Source of the DNA: Rhina ancylostomus | Lineage: Eukaryota | Assembly: GCA_030265395.1 (NCBI GenBank) | Contig: JARFYF010000074.1 | Span: 45,547,342 to 45,611,341, forward strand | DNA: 64,000 bases | Direction of reading: 5' to 3' | In this document: piece by piece, positions 35,990 to 49,449 of the stretch | Numbering within the stretch: the first letter of the stretch is position 1 | Layout of the letters: each line of letters begins with the position of its first letter | Made by a program: the position numbers and the translations under genes | Notes under the pieces: generated by a model | Databases searched by the model: none | Told to the model about the DNA's origin: nothing | What the model saw: the letters and a program-made list of their open reading frames with translations, nothing else

Positions 35990-36397
35990 ACAGAACATAG
36001 AACAGCAGAGGCATAGGCCCTTAAGCTCATGATGCCAATTTAAACTAATCTCATCTGCTTGCATCTCCCTCTAGTATTTGACATTTCCACCCTGTGAGAC
36101 TTTATCTACCCTATCTGTGCCTCTCATAATTTTATAAACTTCTGTCAGGTATCCCTTCAGCCTCTGACGCTCCAGGTAAAACAATCCAAGTTTGTCTAAC
36201 CTCACCTTAAAGCTAATACTTTCTAATCCAGGCAACATCCTGGTGAATCTCTTTTGCACACTTTCCAAAGCCTCCACATCCTACGTGTAATGTCCAGAAC
36301 TGCGCACAATACTCCAAATGTGGCCTAATCAAAATTTTATACAGTTGCAACATGACTTCCCGACTTGTACTCAATGCCCCAACTGACGAAGGCAATC
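35990..36397 (-). mobile_element. CR1 LINE 3' part
   Basis: SREVMLQLYKILIRPHLEYCAQFW; ALESVQKRFTRMLPGLESISFKVRLDKLGLFYLERQRLKG. Confidence 0.92.
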
Positions 36398-36399
36398 AT

Positions 36400-37700
36400 C
36401 TTCTGGTAAAGATATTTCCACAGCATTGTTGGGTAGGTAACTCCAGGATTTGAACCCAGTGATAAAGGATTGGCAATATATTTCCAACATAGGATAATGT
36501 GTACCTTGGGAAAGGAATCAGCTGATGACTCCATGTCCTTCCTGAGTTGCTGTTAAAGAAACCTTGATGAGTAAAATGCATGCATTTGTGAATGCTGTAT
36601 ACCACAACCATGGTGCGCTATTGATGGTGTGGATGAATTTTTAGTGTAATTGGGTGCTGTTATATGGTGTTAAACTTCTTCACTGTTTTTGGAAGATTAG
36701 TAAAGATTGCACCACATTCTTGACTTGTGTCTTGTGATGGTATAAATGCTTTGGGAAGTCAGGAGGTTGCTGGTCAGTTAATTTTGTGGTTAATATGGCA
36801 TCAGGATGCTGCTGATGAGAGATCTAGACAGTGGCAATGCTACTGAATGTCAAAATTCAGTGATTAGACTCTCTCTTGTTGCATTGGAAATGGTTATTGC
36901 TTGGTCCTTGTGTGGCGTGATTGTTACCTGCCATTTATCACCCCATGCCCACTGCTATCAAGGTTTCACTGCACGCAGGCTTGGACTGTTTCTTTATCTA
37001 AATTGAATGGAATTTAATACTGTGCAATGATCATTGTATATCCACGCTTCTATACTTTCAGTCATTTNNNNNNNNNNNNNNNNNNNNNNNNNNNNNNNNN
37101 NNNNNNNNNNNNNNNNNNNNNNNNNNNNNNNNNNNNNNNNNNNNNNNNNNNNNNNNNNNNNNNNNNNGTCATTTTAAAGCATCTGAAAATGAATGGGCCT
37201 GTGGGACTGCCCTAAGGAATTTACCAAAACAATGTCCTGGGGCTGAGATAATTGAACTCTAGAACCACAGCCATCCCCTGTGGTGCAAGGCATTACACTA
37301 GTCAGTGGACAGTTTTACTAGGTCTCTCTGAGGACACAACCATCTGAATGCCGATTTGATCTTGAAGATGGTCACTCATGCCTTGTCTCTGGAATTCAGT
37401 TACTTTGTCGATTCTTGGACTAAGGCTGTGATGGAGCGCAGAGCCAAGTAGTCCTGAGTATCGGTGAGCTAGTTGCTGGTAAACACCTTTTGATAGTGCA
37501 GCCAACAATACCATTAATTTTGCTTATGATTGGGAGTGGGCTAGTAAATGGCTAAGTTGGTTTGCCTCGTTTTTCTTATAAACAAGATATATCTGCATTG
37601 TTGGATATGTGCCCGGGCTGCAACCTAACTGGAACAGGTTGGCTGGTTCTGAAACAAATCTTCAGCACTGAAGCCAAGATGTGTTTGGGTGCTGCAACCT
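36400..37700 (-). mobile_element. Old CR1-group LINE, heavily decayed
   Basis: tgttgggtaggtaactccaggatttgaacccagtga; tggttattgcttggtccttgtgtggcgtgattgttacctgcca. Same family as 15720-16090, in reverse. Confidence 0.6.
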
Positions 37701-40700
37701 TTGCTGAAGATATTTGTAGCTGCTTCAACTTGTCTATTGAGCTCATGAATATCGGAAACATCTTAAAGCTACTGAGAGAAAAATCTAAAAAACATTTTCA
37801 TTAGGTATTTTTAAAAACTAAGATTAACTGAAATCACTTGCAAGTCATTAAAATCATCAAACGATAATTAAAGAAAAAATAGTAACTTACCTTCTTATCT
37901 ATCTTCTGCATAGACCTGTATCAAGTTACACCTGAGAGCCAAGAAGAATCTTGGTAAGAACCTGTCCTGGCACAGGTCTCCATGGGGGCTCTAGTGGTGG
38001 AGTATATGGAAGGATGCAGTGGGTATGTTCATAACTTCCATGTTTCTTCATGCATGTACACATGTCCTAAACTGCCAGCACAAACCGGTCAATGGTCCTG
38101 GCTGGCAATAATGCACTAAGTGAAGACTTTGGGATCACTAATGCTAAATTATAGTGGATCTGCCCAAGCTACCCACACATTAGTGGCTGTATTGCTGAGC
38201 TTTACCACAATATTATAGCCTCAGCTTTAGGCTTGCAATTAGGACACTTAATTCATATTTTCTCTAAAACTCCTAGCATCACATGTTCAAACACAATAAT
38301 GACATTGTAAGGACACCAATACCAGGTGGCTCAAAGGTTCAGGTTCAATAACTTCAGCTTGCCATTGGATGCCTCCTTTTTTTCCCCACCATCTGTTTAT
38401 ATTTCATTATTTACTCGGTTGCTAAGGATACACCAGGAGCAGGCAAAGGGAGGGCCTTTGATCAGGATCATTAATCCTTCTCTACCTTTTAAGCAGGAGC
38501 TTGTTTAAACATGCATGAAATATAGGTACAAAACAGATATATTCATTTAAAATAAATTAAGTTCAACAAAAATTGACAGTACAATTGCTCACAAATAGTT
38601 CCCCTGAAATAACAGAGAACATGTGTTTTTCAGGATGATGAATGACAGAGTCACAATGATGAAATCCTGGAACAGCTCCACGCAGTCAGGCATAGCCAGC
38701 CCAGGGGACAGACAGCCTCTGCCCATTGATACCTGCATTCTTAACCCCCACATTCCACAGTTAATGGTGCTACCAGGGAGCATAGGGCTCCCCTTCATGA
38801 ACTTTGTTGTGTGCAAGTAGCTAAGACAAGTTTTAGTATGGAGGAACAAGAAAGAAAATCAACTTTAAACAATTTTCCCCACAGGAATTGAAAGTCCACA
38901 AAAATGCATTGGATGGGATAGGCACAAGATTAATACTTCGATGCAGCGTGATAGAGCCTCCAGCATGCTGATAAGGAACGTCAAAGCCCCATTGTTGAAT
39001 GAAGTTGGTCTCAGTATCACAAACATTAAAGAAACTCCTGGTATGCTATTCTATGGGTGAAGCTGCTGTTAGTACACAATGGATTCAACCTCATCTGCTC
39101 CAGGAAAGTGTGTAACACTAATTAAAAATTATAGAAGCAGAATGAGATTCCTCAAGGATAGGATTTTCAAACACAAAAATTGCAGTTAGTGAACTATTCT
39201 GGGATTTGAATCAAATGGGGCATGTTGTATACCAATACTTAATTAGGATTTAATAAATTTGTATTTTTTTATTATTATGTGGGGTTTCTGAGAAGCTTTA
39301 CTGGTGTTTCTGGTGTGATCTAGCCCATTTTTGTATGGATTAAGATGACCATAAATCAGTATGTAATTTCTCAATCAAGAAATTTTAGACCTAAATTTGA
39401 CTTGGAAGTAGGGAAGCACCATAGAAAGGGCACTTGATTAATTTATAGAGCACTGAATTCAAAGCCTCAAGAATATGAATGTGTTGAATATGTGTAAGGC
39501 AATGGTTAGACTCAAGTTGGGAAGCTGAGTTCAGTTTTGAGCACTCCATCAAAGAAAATGCTTTGGGATTATGGGTAAATTTCAGTGGTGGTTAACTGGG
39601 AATGAGAGGATTGTGTAAAATCTAGAGCTGTATATAACTATTACAGCATTTTTGTTTACCATTGACAAGCAGGCAAAGTCCAGGTTTCTCACTGTAACAA
39701 GCATATGAAACTTGGATCATCATTTACAGCCTTTGGTTAAATAATAAAGTTAATCCATACAGTTCTTAACTTTTTCACCTAGAACATTTTAGTAAATGTG
39801 TTCCTTCAAAAGATTCTTCAGAACCCATAATTTCATCAGAGAAGGTATAGTACAAGAGCTGAAATAATGGGAATGATTTGGTTTGGTTCTAATCTTTTTT
39901 TTAAAACTACCTTCCAAATATAACTTTGTTACTTTGTTTTTAATACAGATTATGGTGCACATCCAAGAGCATTAACATACATCATTAACAGAGAAGCCAT
40001 GGCAAAAAGAGAGTCCAGTTTAATGCAAGTTATCAAGTTTTATTTGAAAATGTTTAAGTCAGAGTTCAAGCCATAAATGATTGGTAAATAGCAAGCTTAA
40101 TACATCTGGTCTCAGTTACTAAACAATGTTAAGATGCTGGATCATCATTTTCCAGCTATTTAATTTTCTACTACAGACACCGATTAAAAGCGAAGTATTT
40201 TAGGGTGAACTGAGATTGCTGCTGGTACTCCAGCAGCAACAGAACTGGTACAGTCATCTACAGTGAGGGAAGTGGAGGTGGCATTAAAGGGGTGTGAGAC
40301 ACTTAGAATGTTGGTGCAGTGCTGATCTTTGTCACTAGATGGACTCAGAGTATCATTCATCTGATGAGAGCACATGTCATACTAGGCCATGAAGTCACTA
40401 TTGTTCTTTGAATGTTGAGCAGTAGTCCACCATGCAGCCAGGTCAGGTGGGGAGGAAGGGGAAAAAAGGTGGGAGAGGTGGTCTTGGATCAGAACCTTGC
40501 AGCCTTCCGTTCCCTGTTTAAAAAAAAATCCAGCTCCAAGCTGGTGCGGCCCAGTTGCTGTGTAAGGGCTCCAGAGTTACTCAAAGCTAGTTTTGCATAA
40601 TGCAACAGTTGCTGAAAATAATTTTTTTAAATCAAGAAATGCCACCCAGATCAGGCAGCATCCAGTGCCCCTATACCAATGGCATTTTGTACTTAAAACA

Positions 40701-41214
40701 TTATATCTAAAAGGAACCATCTCTCTGTGTATAGTGGGTAGGCAGGAAGAACTGAAAAATTGTAGTGTCACATGAACCATGTTATATAGTTGTTTTTACA
40801 GCCATGGATTCCATTAAAGCAAGTCTCACCAAAATACAATAAGGTAGATGAAAATCAAAACAAAAAGCTTTAGATTCTGGAAATCTAAACTAAAAACAGA
40901 AAATGCACTTGCTGTTTTTATTTTGTGCAACAGGTCATTACTTTGTTCTCCTGTGGGAACTCTGTCCTGAAGGGAGAGCAGTGTTCTGTGTGTTCACACT
41001 CTGCAAAGAGGTAATCATGAGCAGCAAGAAGTAGGGCCTGAGCTTTTTTCAGAAATTATTCAACCCATGAGTGTTCGGAAGATTTGGTGATTTTGGAAGT
41101 TGCTTTTCTTTCAGTTTTCAAGCTCCTTAAATTACATGAAGAAATAACATTAGCTTTCAATATTGCTCACATCTAGAAAGAATGTTAGAATGGACGAGGC
41201 AGACAGGGATATTG

Positions 41215-41525
41215 TGGTGCAGCTACTGCTGCAGTGACCCATGTTCAATCCTGATCACTGGTGCTGTCTATGTTGTGTTTGCACATTCTCCTTGTGAGCA
41301 CACTGGTTTTTTTCCTGGATGCTCTAGTTTCATCCCAAAGACATGCAGGATGGTAGGCTAATTGGCCACAGTGAACTGTGAGTAGGTGGTAGAATCTTGA
41401 GGGATTTGGTGGGAATGTGGGAAGAATAATCCTACACTAAACTCACTTGTAGTGTAAATGAATGCTTGATATAGGTGTCAGTTCAGTGGACAGCAAGGCC
41501 TATTATGGTGCTATATGACTCCATG
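41215..41525 (+). mobile_element. V-SINE
   Basis: gtggtgcagct..gttcaatcctga..tttgcacattctcc..ctaattggccacagtgaactg. Confidence 0.75.
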
Positions 41526-41879
41526 ACAAAGTTGGAGACAGAGGTGCTGAAGAAACAAAGGGACATGATTTTGCTGCATAGATATTAAATGAATAGTTAC
41601 TGGTGAATGGGATTTTCAAGCACAGATGGGATCTTGTAAAGAGCANNNNNNNNNNGCTGGCAAAAGCAGCTTTAGATTCTGTTGACCAGCAGTGATCGCA
41701 GCAGCCCTGTACAGAGGTGGAGAGTAAATGTATAACTGACCAATTCACAGTGGCAAACCTGTGTTTAGCTAGGTAACACTCTCTAATTGTATTTACAAAA
41801 AACAGTGGAATTTAAGAAACCTGACATGAATTCTGCTGCAGCTTTGAAGTCAAAACCACCTGGAAATTTTAGTTTGCTA

Positions 41880-42175
41880 ACATGAGGGTATTGAAAGAGT
41901 GGACATGGAGAGAATGTAGAACTTGGGGTTATTATTTAAAAATAAGGGTCATCCATTTAAAAAAAGATTTTTTTTCTTCTCAGTGGATCTTGAATCTTTG
42001 GAACTCTGCTTCCAATGTCCATTCTTTGGTTGATGTAGGTAAATACTTGATCAACAAGCAGGGATAACTGGGGTGGGTAGGAATGTAGAATTGAAGTTAT
42101 AGTTGGCCATTATTTTATTGAATGGCAGAGCTGGCTCGGGTCACTAGTTAGCCTGCATCTGCTCCTAATTTATTT
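41880..42175 (+). mobile_element. Degenerate CR1 3' end
   Basis: FFSSQWILNLWNS; ttattgaatggcagagctggctc. Confidence 0.7.
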
Positions 42176-43508
42176 GTACATTAGTTCCATTCATTCGTAT
42201 TCAGATTTTCACTATCAGCTTGGTTCAGTAAGAATACCCAGAAGCCTGTGGATCAAACCACACAAGTCACAAACACAAGCTAAGGGATCATTTCAGTACA
42301 GAAATGAGGCAATATTTTAATGCAGAACCTGAGAGTGTTCTGCACTGTTGTAAATCCTGCCTTTTGGCTGAGAAGTTAAGACAGATTACTTAGCCTTTTC
42401 ACACATGAATGAAAAATGCATTGCATTATTCACGTGGTAAGGACTTCGCCAGGCATTTTGATCAACATTCCTTTGTTGATCTGTAGCTGAAAAGAGACCA
42501 ACAAGCTGGTCATTGCAATGCAGTCCGTGGGACATTGCTCAGATTTTGTAAATTATTCTATGAACATTGCTTTAGGATTCCTTTAAGATATGCGATGAGG
42601 AGTAATGATCATAAATAGCAGTTGTACAGTATATCTCAGTATAATTTAAAAATTCTCAATCTTGTAACAAGAATGAAAATGTATTTATAAATTTAGCCAG
42701 GCTGTTTCCTTCCAAGTCACAAAATAGCTCTGAACAAGACTTTTCCTGAGGAGAAAGTCCTCTCCAGAGAAGGGCTCAGGCAGATGTTTTTATCCATGCA
42801 ATGTGGTGTTATTTAGGAGGTCAATTTTTTTCTGAGCCAAACATTACTCTGGCCAGTGATTGAATACAACTGGTGTGCCTTACAAAAAATAACAAAGACT
42901 GCAATCACTGCCCTAACTTTGCAATGAACAAACATCAGCTGTAGATATTTGCATATTAATTTTAATGAATACTTGCTAGTAGGGTTAGAGGTTTGAGATN
43001 NNNNNNNNNNNNNNNNNNNNNNNNNNNNNNNNNNNNNNNNNNNNNNNNNNNNNNNNNNNNNNNNNNNNNNNNNNNNNNNNNNNNNNNNNNNNNNNNNNNN
43101 NNNNNNNNNNNNNNNNNNNNNNNNNNNNNNNNNNNNNNNNNNNNNNNNNNNNNNNNNNNNNNNNNNNNNNNNNNNNNNNNNNNNNNNNNNNNNNNNNNNN
43201 NNNNNNNNNNNNNNNNNNNNNNNNNNNNNNNNNNNNNNNNNNNNNNNNNNNNNNNNNNNNNNNNNNNNNNNNNNNNNCAATGGAACTCCATCTCAAAAAA
43301 AGGGGAAAATCTTATTAAAAAATTTAAACACAGACAAGATCTTGTATACTTTTCACTGCCCTAAAAATGTTGTTCCAGATCAATGTTACTTGGCAGATAT
43401 GCTTAAATCTACAGAATCTGAAAATTTAAACTAAATTCTAACAATTACTCAGAGAGGGACTTGAATTACATTAATGTGTCATTCTCTGCAGCAATTCTAA
43501 CAAATGTC

Positions 43509-43513
<5 letters not shown>

Positions 43514-43546
<33 letters not shown>
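43514..43546. repeat. (TA)n microsatellite in the presumed N4BP3-like 3' UTR
   Basis: About 16 uninterrupted TA units. Confidence 0.95.
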
Positions 43547-43549
<3 letters not shown>

Positions 43550-43957
43550 AAATAACATCCTTGGATTATGTAACATTTTGAAGCATTGAGTTTAAACATT
43601 AAATTGGATTGATTTAAGTCAAGTTTGTTATCATTGTGTGTACAGAAGTTGCTTGCAACATCTTTCAATTATGGGGAAAAAGCCAATCACCTCAGATTGG
43701 AGTTATCAAGAACCAAGTATTCCAGGTTCACTTCACACACCACCTTCCATTATAGAAAATTTTGGAAGCTTCTCTGTGTTAAATCCTTTCCATTTGTAGA
43801 TCCAAGTCAGTAATATCTTCCAGTTGCTACAACCTGCCGTCATGCTTTGTAAAATGTGCACATCTTGAGGAATTCAACACAATATAGATACTTTTTTTAA
43901 AAAAAGAGTAAGTGTCCTGATTGATCTACAAACAACGATGCACAATTTCATTGCCTG

Positions 43958-44593
43958 TCATATTTCAGAGGATTCGATCCTTTCAATCCATGGTAAGTTC
44001 TGTTTAGCATCATTATCTGTTAGTTCTACTTTGGCTGCAATCTCCCGAATTTCTTGCTCAAGGGCCTGGTTTCTTTGGTACATCTCTAAGTAACTAGACT
44101 GCAGTTGTTTCTGATACTGGATGACTTTTTCCTTTTCATCCTGCCAGGTACTTCTCTCAATTTCAAAGTTGGCAGCTTGGGCTTCACACTGCCTTCGTTC
44201 CAATAAAAGTTCTGCTTTCAGCCTTTCAACCTGGAGGACAAGACTTTGGGTGCCATCTTCGTGAAAGCCTCTGGACTTCAGATCATCAGTCTCCCCATTC
44301 AACAAGCCTTTCACCTCTTCAGGGACTCCATCTCTCCTCAGGCAGGCTTCTTGGACTAAGGTGAGTTCCTCCTGCTGCTGCAGGGCACTTGTACCTTTAG
44401 CGAGTTGTTTGGACTGTTCCTGCAGAGAGTTCTTTAACAGCAACACCTGTTCATCTTTGGTACAGAGCTCTACTCGAACTTCTTGAAGCAGGGCTTTCAG
44501 GCTGAACAGCTCACTCAGTTTCTCAGCCACCTCTGCCTGAGAGTCCCGCAGCTGCTGCTTTAGCAGGGCGATCTCACCAGCCTTCTGACAGAC
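43958..44593 (-). CDS. N4BP3: N4BP3-like terminal coding exon (Fez1 domain)
   Basis: Acceptor tgtctccttgcag|GTC gives VCQKAGEIALLKQQL..WQDEKEKVIQYQKQLQSSYLEMYQRNQALE..PWIERIESSEI-TGA. The WE|VCQK intron position is characteristic of the family. It ends in a class I PDZ-ligand-like SSEI. Confidence 0.94.
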   Translation of the reverse strand, partial: VCQKAGEIALLKQQLRDSQAEVAEKLSELFSLKALLQEVRVELCTKDEQVLLLKNSLQEQSKQLAKGTSALQQQEELTLVQEACLRRDGVPEEVKGLLNGETDDLKSRGFHEDGTQSLVLQVERLKAELLLERRQCEAQAANFEIERSTWQDEKEKVIQYQKQLQSSYLEMYQRNQALEQEIREIAAKVELTDNDAKQNLPWIERIESSEI

Positions 44594-44704
44594 CTGCAAG
44601 GAGACAAATTTCAAGTAAACCCTTCTGGCCACCTGGGACAGTGAACTGCTCAGCATAAACCAAAACCAACATTTAAGTTTTCATTAAAGACTTTTTATCT
44701 AAAT

Positions 44705-45245
44705 TATACAATCATAGAACAGTACAGCACAATACAGGCCCTTCGGCCCACAATGTTGTGCTGACCTTTAAACTCTCCTAAGATTATCTAACCCCTTCCT
44801 CCCATATATCCCTCTATTTTAAATTCCTCCATATGCCTATCAAGCAATCTCTTGAATTTGACCAATGTAAATGCCTGAAGCCTTTTAAATTTTGAGGAAG
44901 AAATCTGTATTCACCTCAAATTAGTGTAGACAGTACAGACCAATCTAAAATGGCTTCCTTCCTTCGCCAGAGATTCAATAAGATTGTAGGTTTAAGGCAA
45001 CAGATAGGAGGTTTAGAGGGGATCTGAGAGAGAATCTTTTCACCCCAGGGATTAGTTGGGATTTGGAATACACTAGGTGAGGAAGAGTGGTGGAGGTGGA
45101 GACTCTCACAATATTTAAGTATTCCAAAAAAGGCACATAAGGCTCCAGACTAAGTGCTGGTAAAGAGGATTAGGATAGATGGCTACTTGATAGTTGTCAT
45201 AAATATGGTGGGGTTCAGAGGCTGTTTCTGTGCTGCATGACTCTG
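44705..45245. mobile_element. Two CR1 3'-end fragments (minus 44705-44870; plus 44980-45245) in the last N4BP3-like intron
   Basis: catagaacagtacagcacaatacaggcccttcggcccac; aggaggtttagaggggatctgag..tgtgctgcatgactctgatg. Confidence 0.8.
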
Positions 45246-46275
45246 ATGTTTGACTTGCTATTTTTTATTTAAATACTTCTACCTTAAACCAAGCAGGAAT
45301 TGTCTGCACGCGTGAGGAGCACACTGGCTTTATTTTTGTCCAAGCTGGATCCTTTATCTGAAAGGGTTTTAGTAGTTTTATGCAGAGGAAAGTAATCTGG
45401 CCTGGCCAGTGGTGGATGCTGGGTTGGAAAGAGATTGATAGTCATAAAATAGACATTGAAACTGCATTAAATCTTGAGGAATTAATTATTTCCTTTGATC
45501 CTGATATGAAATTTGGTTACAGGAGTGTTAGCTCAGAAAAAGTAGGATTAACAGAGCAAACTCCTACCACACTGACATAGTGCTGAGCCTTATAAAGATT
45601 TAATCCCAGTAGTAGCAGCATTGTTGTCAGTACCCTTAGTCTGAAATTGGGGTGTGGAAAGAACATATGAGGACATCATCAGCAACCAGGCATAGATGGT
45701 TAGCACTGCACAGGAGAACTCTTCAGGGAAGTTTACCTGGAAGGTATTCAATGCTCAGACTTTCTGGCAGAAGTCTGAGCCCACTATGATCACTGAAGCA
45801 GGCCTCAACCCCAAGGTTAAAGCCTGGTTTCTCACGTGGGGTATAAACCATATGCACATAAGAATTTTGCACAGGTGACTGGATGCTGCACACAACTTGA
45901 CGTTGTTATACATGCCTGGGAGCCTGTGTCTGTACACAAGCAGAAGGACAGAGAGCCCACAGACAAAAATCTCGCAGTGCACCAGGTACCCACTCACATT
46001 TAACAACAAGTTTTTCACAAATTTACGTTGTGCAGCACATAAGGACAGTGTTATGACAAACAATTAAAGCCAACTCTAGCAATAGGTATAGATTCCTCAA
46101 TGTACTAGTAGAAAAACAAAAGTGGACAATGTAACAGTGTTCCTCACTATGTATAGAAACCCAAATCAGTAACAAGGAACATATTGCTTATTGGTTTGTG
46201 GTTCCATGCTCTTTTGCTTGATAAATGCTAATTAGCAATGGCAAGATAATAATATCAATACATAAATAATCATAC

Positions 46276-47094
46276 CTCCCATTTGGTCTCCTCCAGCTTT
46301 GGGGTCAAGTCATCTTGCTCCTGTCGATAAGATGCACATCGGCTTTTGAGCTGCTCACATTCCAACAACAACTTATCAAAATCCTCCTGCAGCTTCCTCT
46401 TCTCCTGCTGGATCTTGAAGACCTGCAGCTGGAGAGTCCGCTGGGTGTGCTGGGCTTGCTGGGTCACCTGGCGCAGCTTGCTGGCATAGATTCGCTTGAG
46501 CTCTTCCATCTCCTTCTCCCACAGCCTTTGCTTATCCTCGAACACCTGAGCAATTGCATCCTCACTCTCATCCAGGTTCCTCCTCACGTGTTTCAACTCC
46601 ACTTCTTTCTCGTGAAGCCGGTCTTCCAGCTCTCTGACAACATCCTCCATTGATCGTGACAGCTCGCAGGAAGGGGACATATTGCCCTGGGGGTTCAGCC
46701 GGCTCAGGACTGCCATACTCCTGCAGGAGAAACGGCCGCTGTCAGAGTTTGAAGCCTCCTTGGATCCCCCATCAATGCAGTTTGAGCCAATGTGGTTGAT
46801 TTGTCCCATGGAGGCGCTTATCTGCCCTGTGTGGTGCTTCAGGCCTGTCCCACAGGGAGGGAGGCTGGTCATGGAGTTCCGCCCAGAGTCGGACAGGTCT
46901 TCCTCTTGACTGACTGTCCTGAAGTAATCCGGCTTTTCGCCTCCATTCCTCAGTGGTGAATGGTCCATCTTGCTGAAGACATTGAGGCTGGCTGTGCTGT
47001 CACTCAGCTCCTTGGTCTGTTGTGGATACAGATTCTGCATTGAACTGAAGTTCTTTGGCACCACTGGCTTGAATGCAGAGGGTCGGAATCGTGA
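46276..47094 (-). CDS. N4BP3: N4BP3-like coding exon 2
   Basis: Acceptor ttatcttttcacag|TCA gives SRFRPSAFKPVVPKNFSSMQNL (LZTS-family RPSAFKPV motif), SDSGRNS, and a coiled coil ending EETKWE|gtatga. 819 nt, phase 0/0. Confidence 0.93.
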
Positions 47095-47964
47095 CTGTGA
47101 AAAGATAATGGGGTGGGAAGGGTTTGGTGAGGGGGAGAAGATGGGAGGATGTACAATTCAAGCTCAATAAAAATACAGTTTGTAATTGTTTTCTGTTAAA
47201 TGGATTATGTTCATATACCCATTAGTAAGCCATAAGAATTTGCCTTTTCTCTTAAGTTTTCGTAGTGCCTACATCAAGTGAAAGGCAAAGCTTGGTGCCA
47301 GCCTTTTCTCTCCATTTGTTTTGAATACACTGGATGTTGCACAGGCCTGAGAAGCCAGATTTTTGTCCATACTTGTGAGACTTGAAACCACTAATAGCTG
47401 ATAGAGGAGTGACATGAGCTGAACCGTAGTGGGTACCAAATACTTGTATTAGGCTAGGTCCATTTAACTTGGGATTTTTAACCAAGAGTCTCCAATTACT
47501 GTTGTTTGGATCAGGTTTAAGACAGCTGAATGGTTAACATCCTTCACCTCAGTACACTAGTTGATTGTGGTGGTACAATCAATCATTTTCTTTACCAAAT
47601 ATTAAAAAGTATGGTCTCCAAGAATACCATAATTATCAAAAGGCAATCTATTCGGATGTTGAGTGTAGAGATAAATGATGATATAATCAAGCAGTGCAAA
47701 GACTAAATATTGAGTGATCCCAATCCTAATTTTGAAGTTTGAGGTCTACACATTTCTCTTTGTTGGAGAAATCCAATTAGGCACTGATTGACAAACAATT
47801 CAATTGAAATTCATGCATTTATAGTAAACAGCTTTGCACAAGATTCTTCTCCCCACTTATCCTCAGAAGATCTGGCAAGTACACCATGGTTACACTTTCA
47901 TTTCTCACAGCTACCAGACTCAGAGCGTCAGACCAAAGCTGCTTTTTTACCTTAAATGTAGTGT

Positions 47965-48055
47965 TACTGAAATAGAAAATGCTGGAAATACTCTTTTGGA
48001 AAGAGAGGAAGGAGGTAACATTTCAGGTTGAAGATTATTCATCAGAGCTCTGGAA
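47965..48055 (-). mobile_element. Penelope-derived short repeat with hammerhead core remnant
   Basis: Minus strand gagctCTGATGAataatcttcaacctGAAAtgttacctc. Confidence 0.55.
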
Positions 48056-48399
48056 ACAGTCATTGCCACAGCAGGTTAGCCAAAGTGATAATTTGATCAC
48101 CTCATTTCTTTTTCTGTTTATCACTGGAGGGGTGGAGATGATGGTCAGTTGGAGGACAGGCCTTGAGGATAGAGAAATAACATTCCCCATACCTGCTCCT
48201 TCTGACTCACTACAGGCATCACTTGTAACCTGGAATTATTATCTTATGCCCTACCGAAGCTAGGCCAGTGTGTCGGCATGGAAATAAGCCACCTGAATGG
48301 TTTTGAAGGAAACAGCAAGCAAGGTTTTATTACTCTCTGCTATTACTTAAATCTATGGTATACTTCAGGGTGGAGAGGTCAGAAAGTGGAATGTAAAAA

Positions 48400-48800
48400 T
48401 CAGCCAGGAATAGCCAAGTTTAGAGGCAACAAATGTGTAGGAGGGTTTTGATGGTGGATGAGCTGAAGTAGAGGTAGAGGTGGAATTGCATGAGTTTGGA
48501 ATTGGAAAGAGTGGTGTGTGGTCCAAAGCTCATCTTAGCTTCAAGTATGATACCAAACTGATGAGCAGTTTGGTTCAATATCTGCCATTTGGTAGTGAGT
48601 GGACTGGAGACTCTTGTTGAGGGGACAGTAGTTGTAATAGAGTCTGAAGACAATTCTTTTGCTCTTCCCAATTTTTAGTCGGAGGAAATTTCAGCCAATC
48701 CACTGCCAGTTATCAAACAAGTAGCTTGTCAAGATAGAGATACTGAAAGGACTGAGAGCAGCTGTGGTGAAGCTCAGAGTTGGTGTTATCTGTCTGCATG
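48400..48800 (-). mobile_element. Degenerate L2-like LINE fragment
   Basis: ggagtgtggtccaaagctcatcttagctcaag-like segment..caaactgatgagcagtttggttca..tcagccaatccactgcca is an L2 RT C-terminal pattern in reverse. Confidence 0.45.
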
Positions 48801-49449
48801 GTCACTATGTCCTCTTGTGCCTTGGTATGGACATACTGTGATCTTGTGTAGCTACTCTGTAACAATGATCAACTGGGACACCCACTTTATCATGTGAGCT
48901 TGAGGACTTGACATCTTAAAGTTAAGTGTTCTGCCTTACAAACAAACCACGAACTTTGCAAATGGATTATGGCACAGCATGTATAAGATACATACTGTGC
49001 TATAATCTATTTGCAACAACATTACAAGAATCTGTGAAGATACTGATCCCATGCTTTTGGGTGATGTTGCCAAATGGTGAGCATGTGGATGAAAAATAGA
49101 ATGAGGCCTAAAAAGATCCTTGGGAAAACATCAGCGTTTCCTGCAGGAGAGGGTTTTAGGAACCATTTTAGATGGCTCTCTGGCTTCAGCTGGATAGAGA
49201 AGAACCAAATAAGTGAGTATGGTGCTATCACCTGAACAATGGTCAGATGTCAGTGGAGACTTTTGTAGTTTACACAGAATCAAAATGCAGCAAGAGAAAT
49301 ATTAAAAATTCAGAAAGGTGAAAATAAAGTACATTAAATAAGCAGCAGATTGATAGATCTTAAACAGGGTGAATTTAAAGTAAAGGCCAACTTATTTTAC
49401 TATATCAAACTTGTCCTGGTCAGGTACTTCTGACCTAGGTTTAAAGTAC

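Noticed and set aside
40184-40375. 63-aa minus-strand ORF MCSHQMND..
   Set aside because: No domain similarity or convincing splice context. Most likely UTR or intergenic.
40361-40395. ctgatgag..gaag as another hammerhead core
   Set aside because: No stem II pairing, no GAAA and no PLE-tail context.
46315-47170. Plus-strand ORFs overlapping N4BP3-like exon 2, and antisense ORFs over the Gypsy element
   Set aside because: Antisense shadows of real coding sequence in GC-rich DNA.
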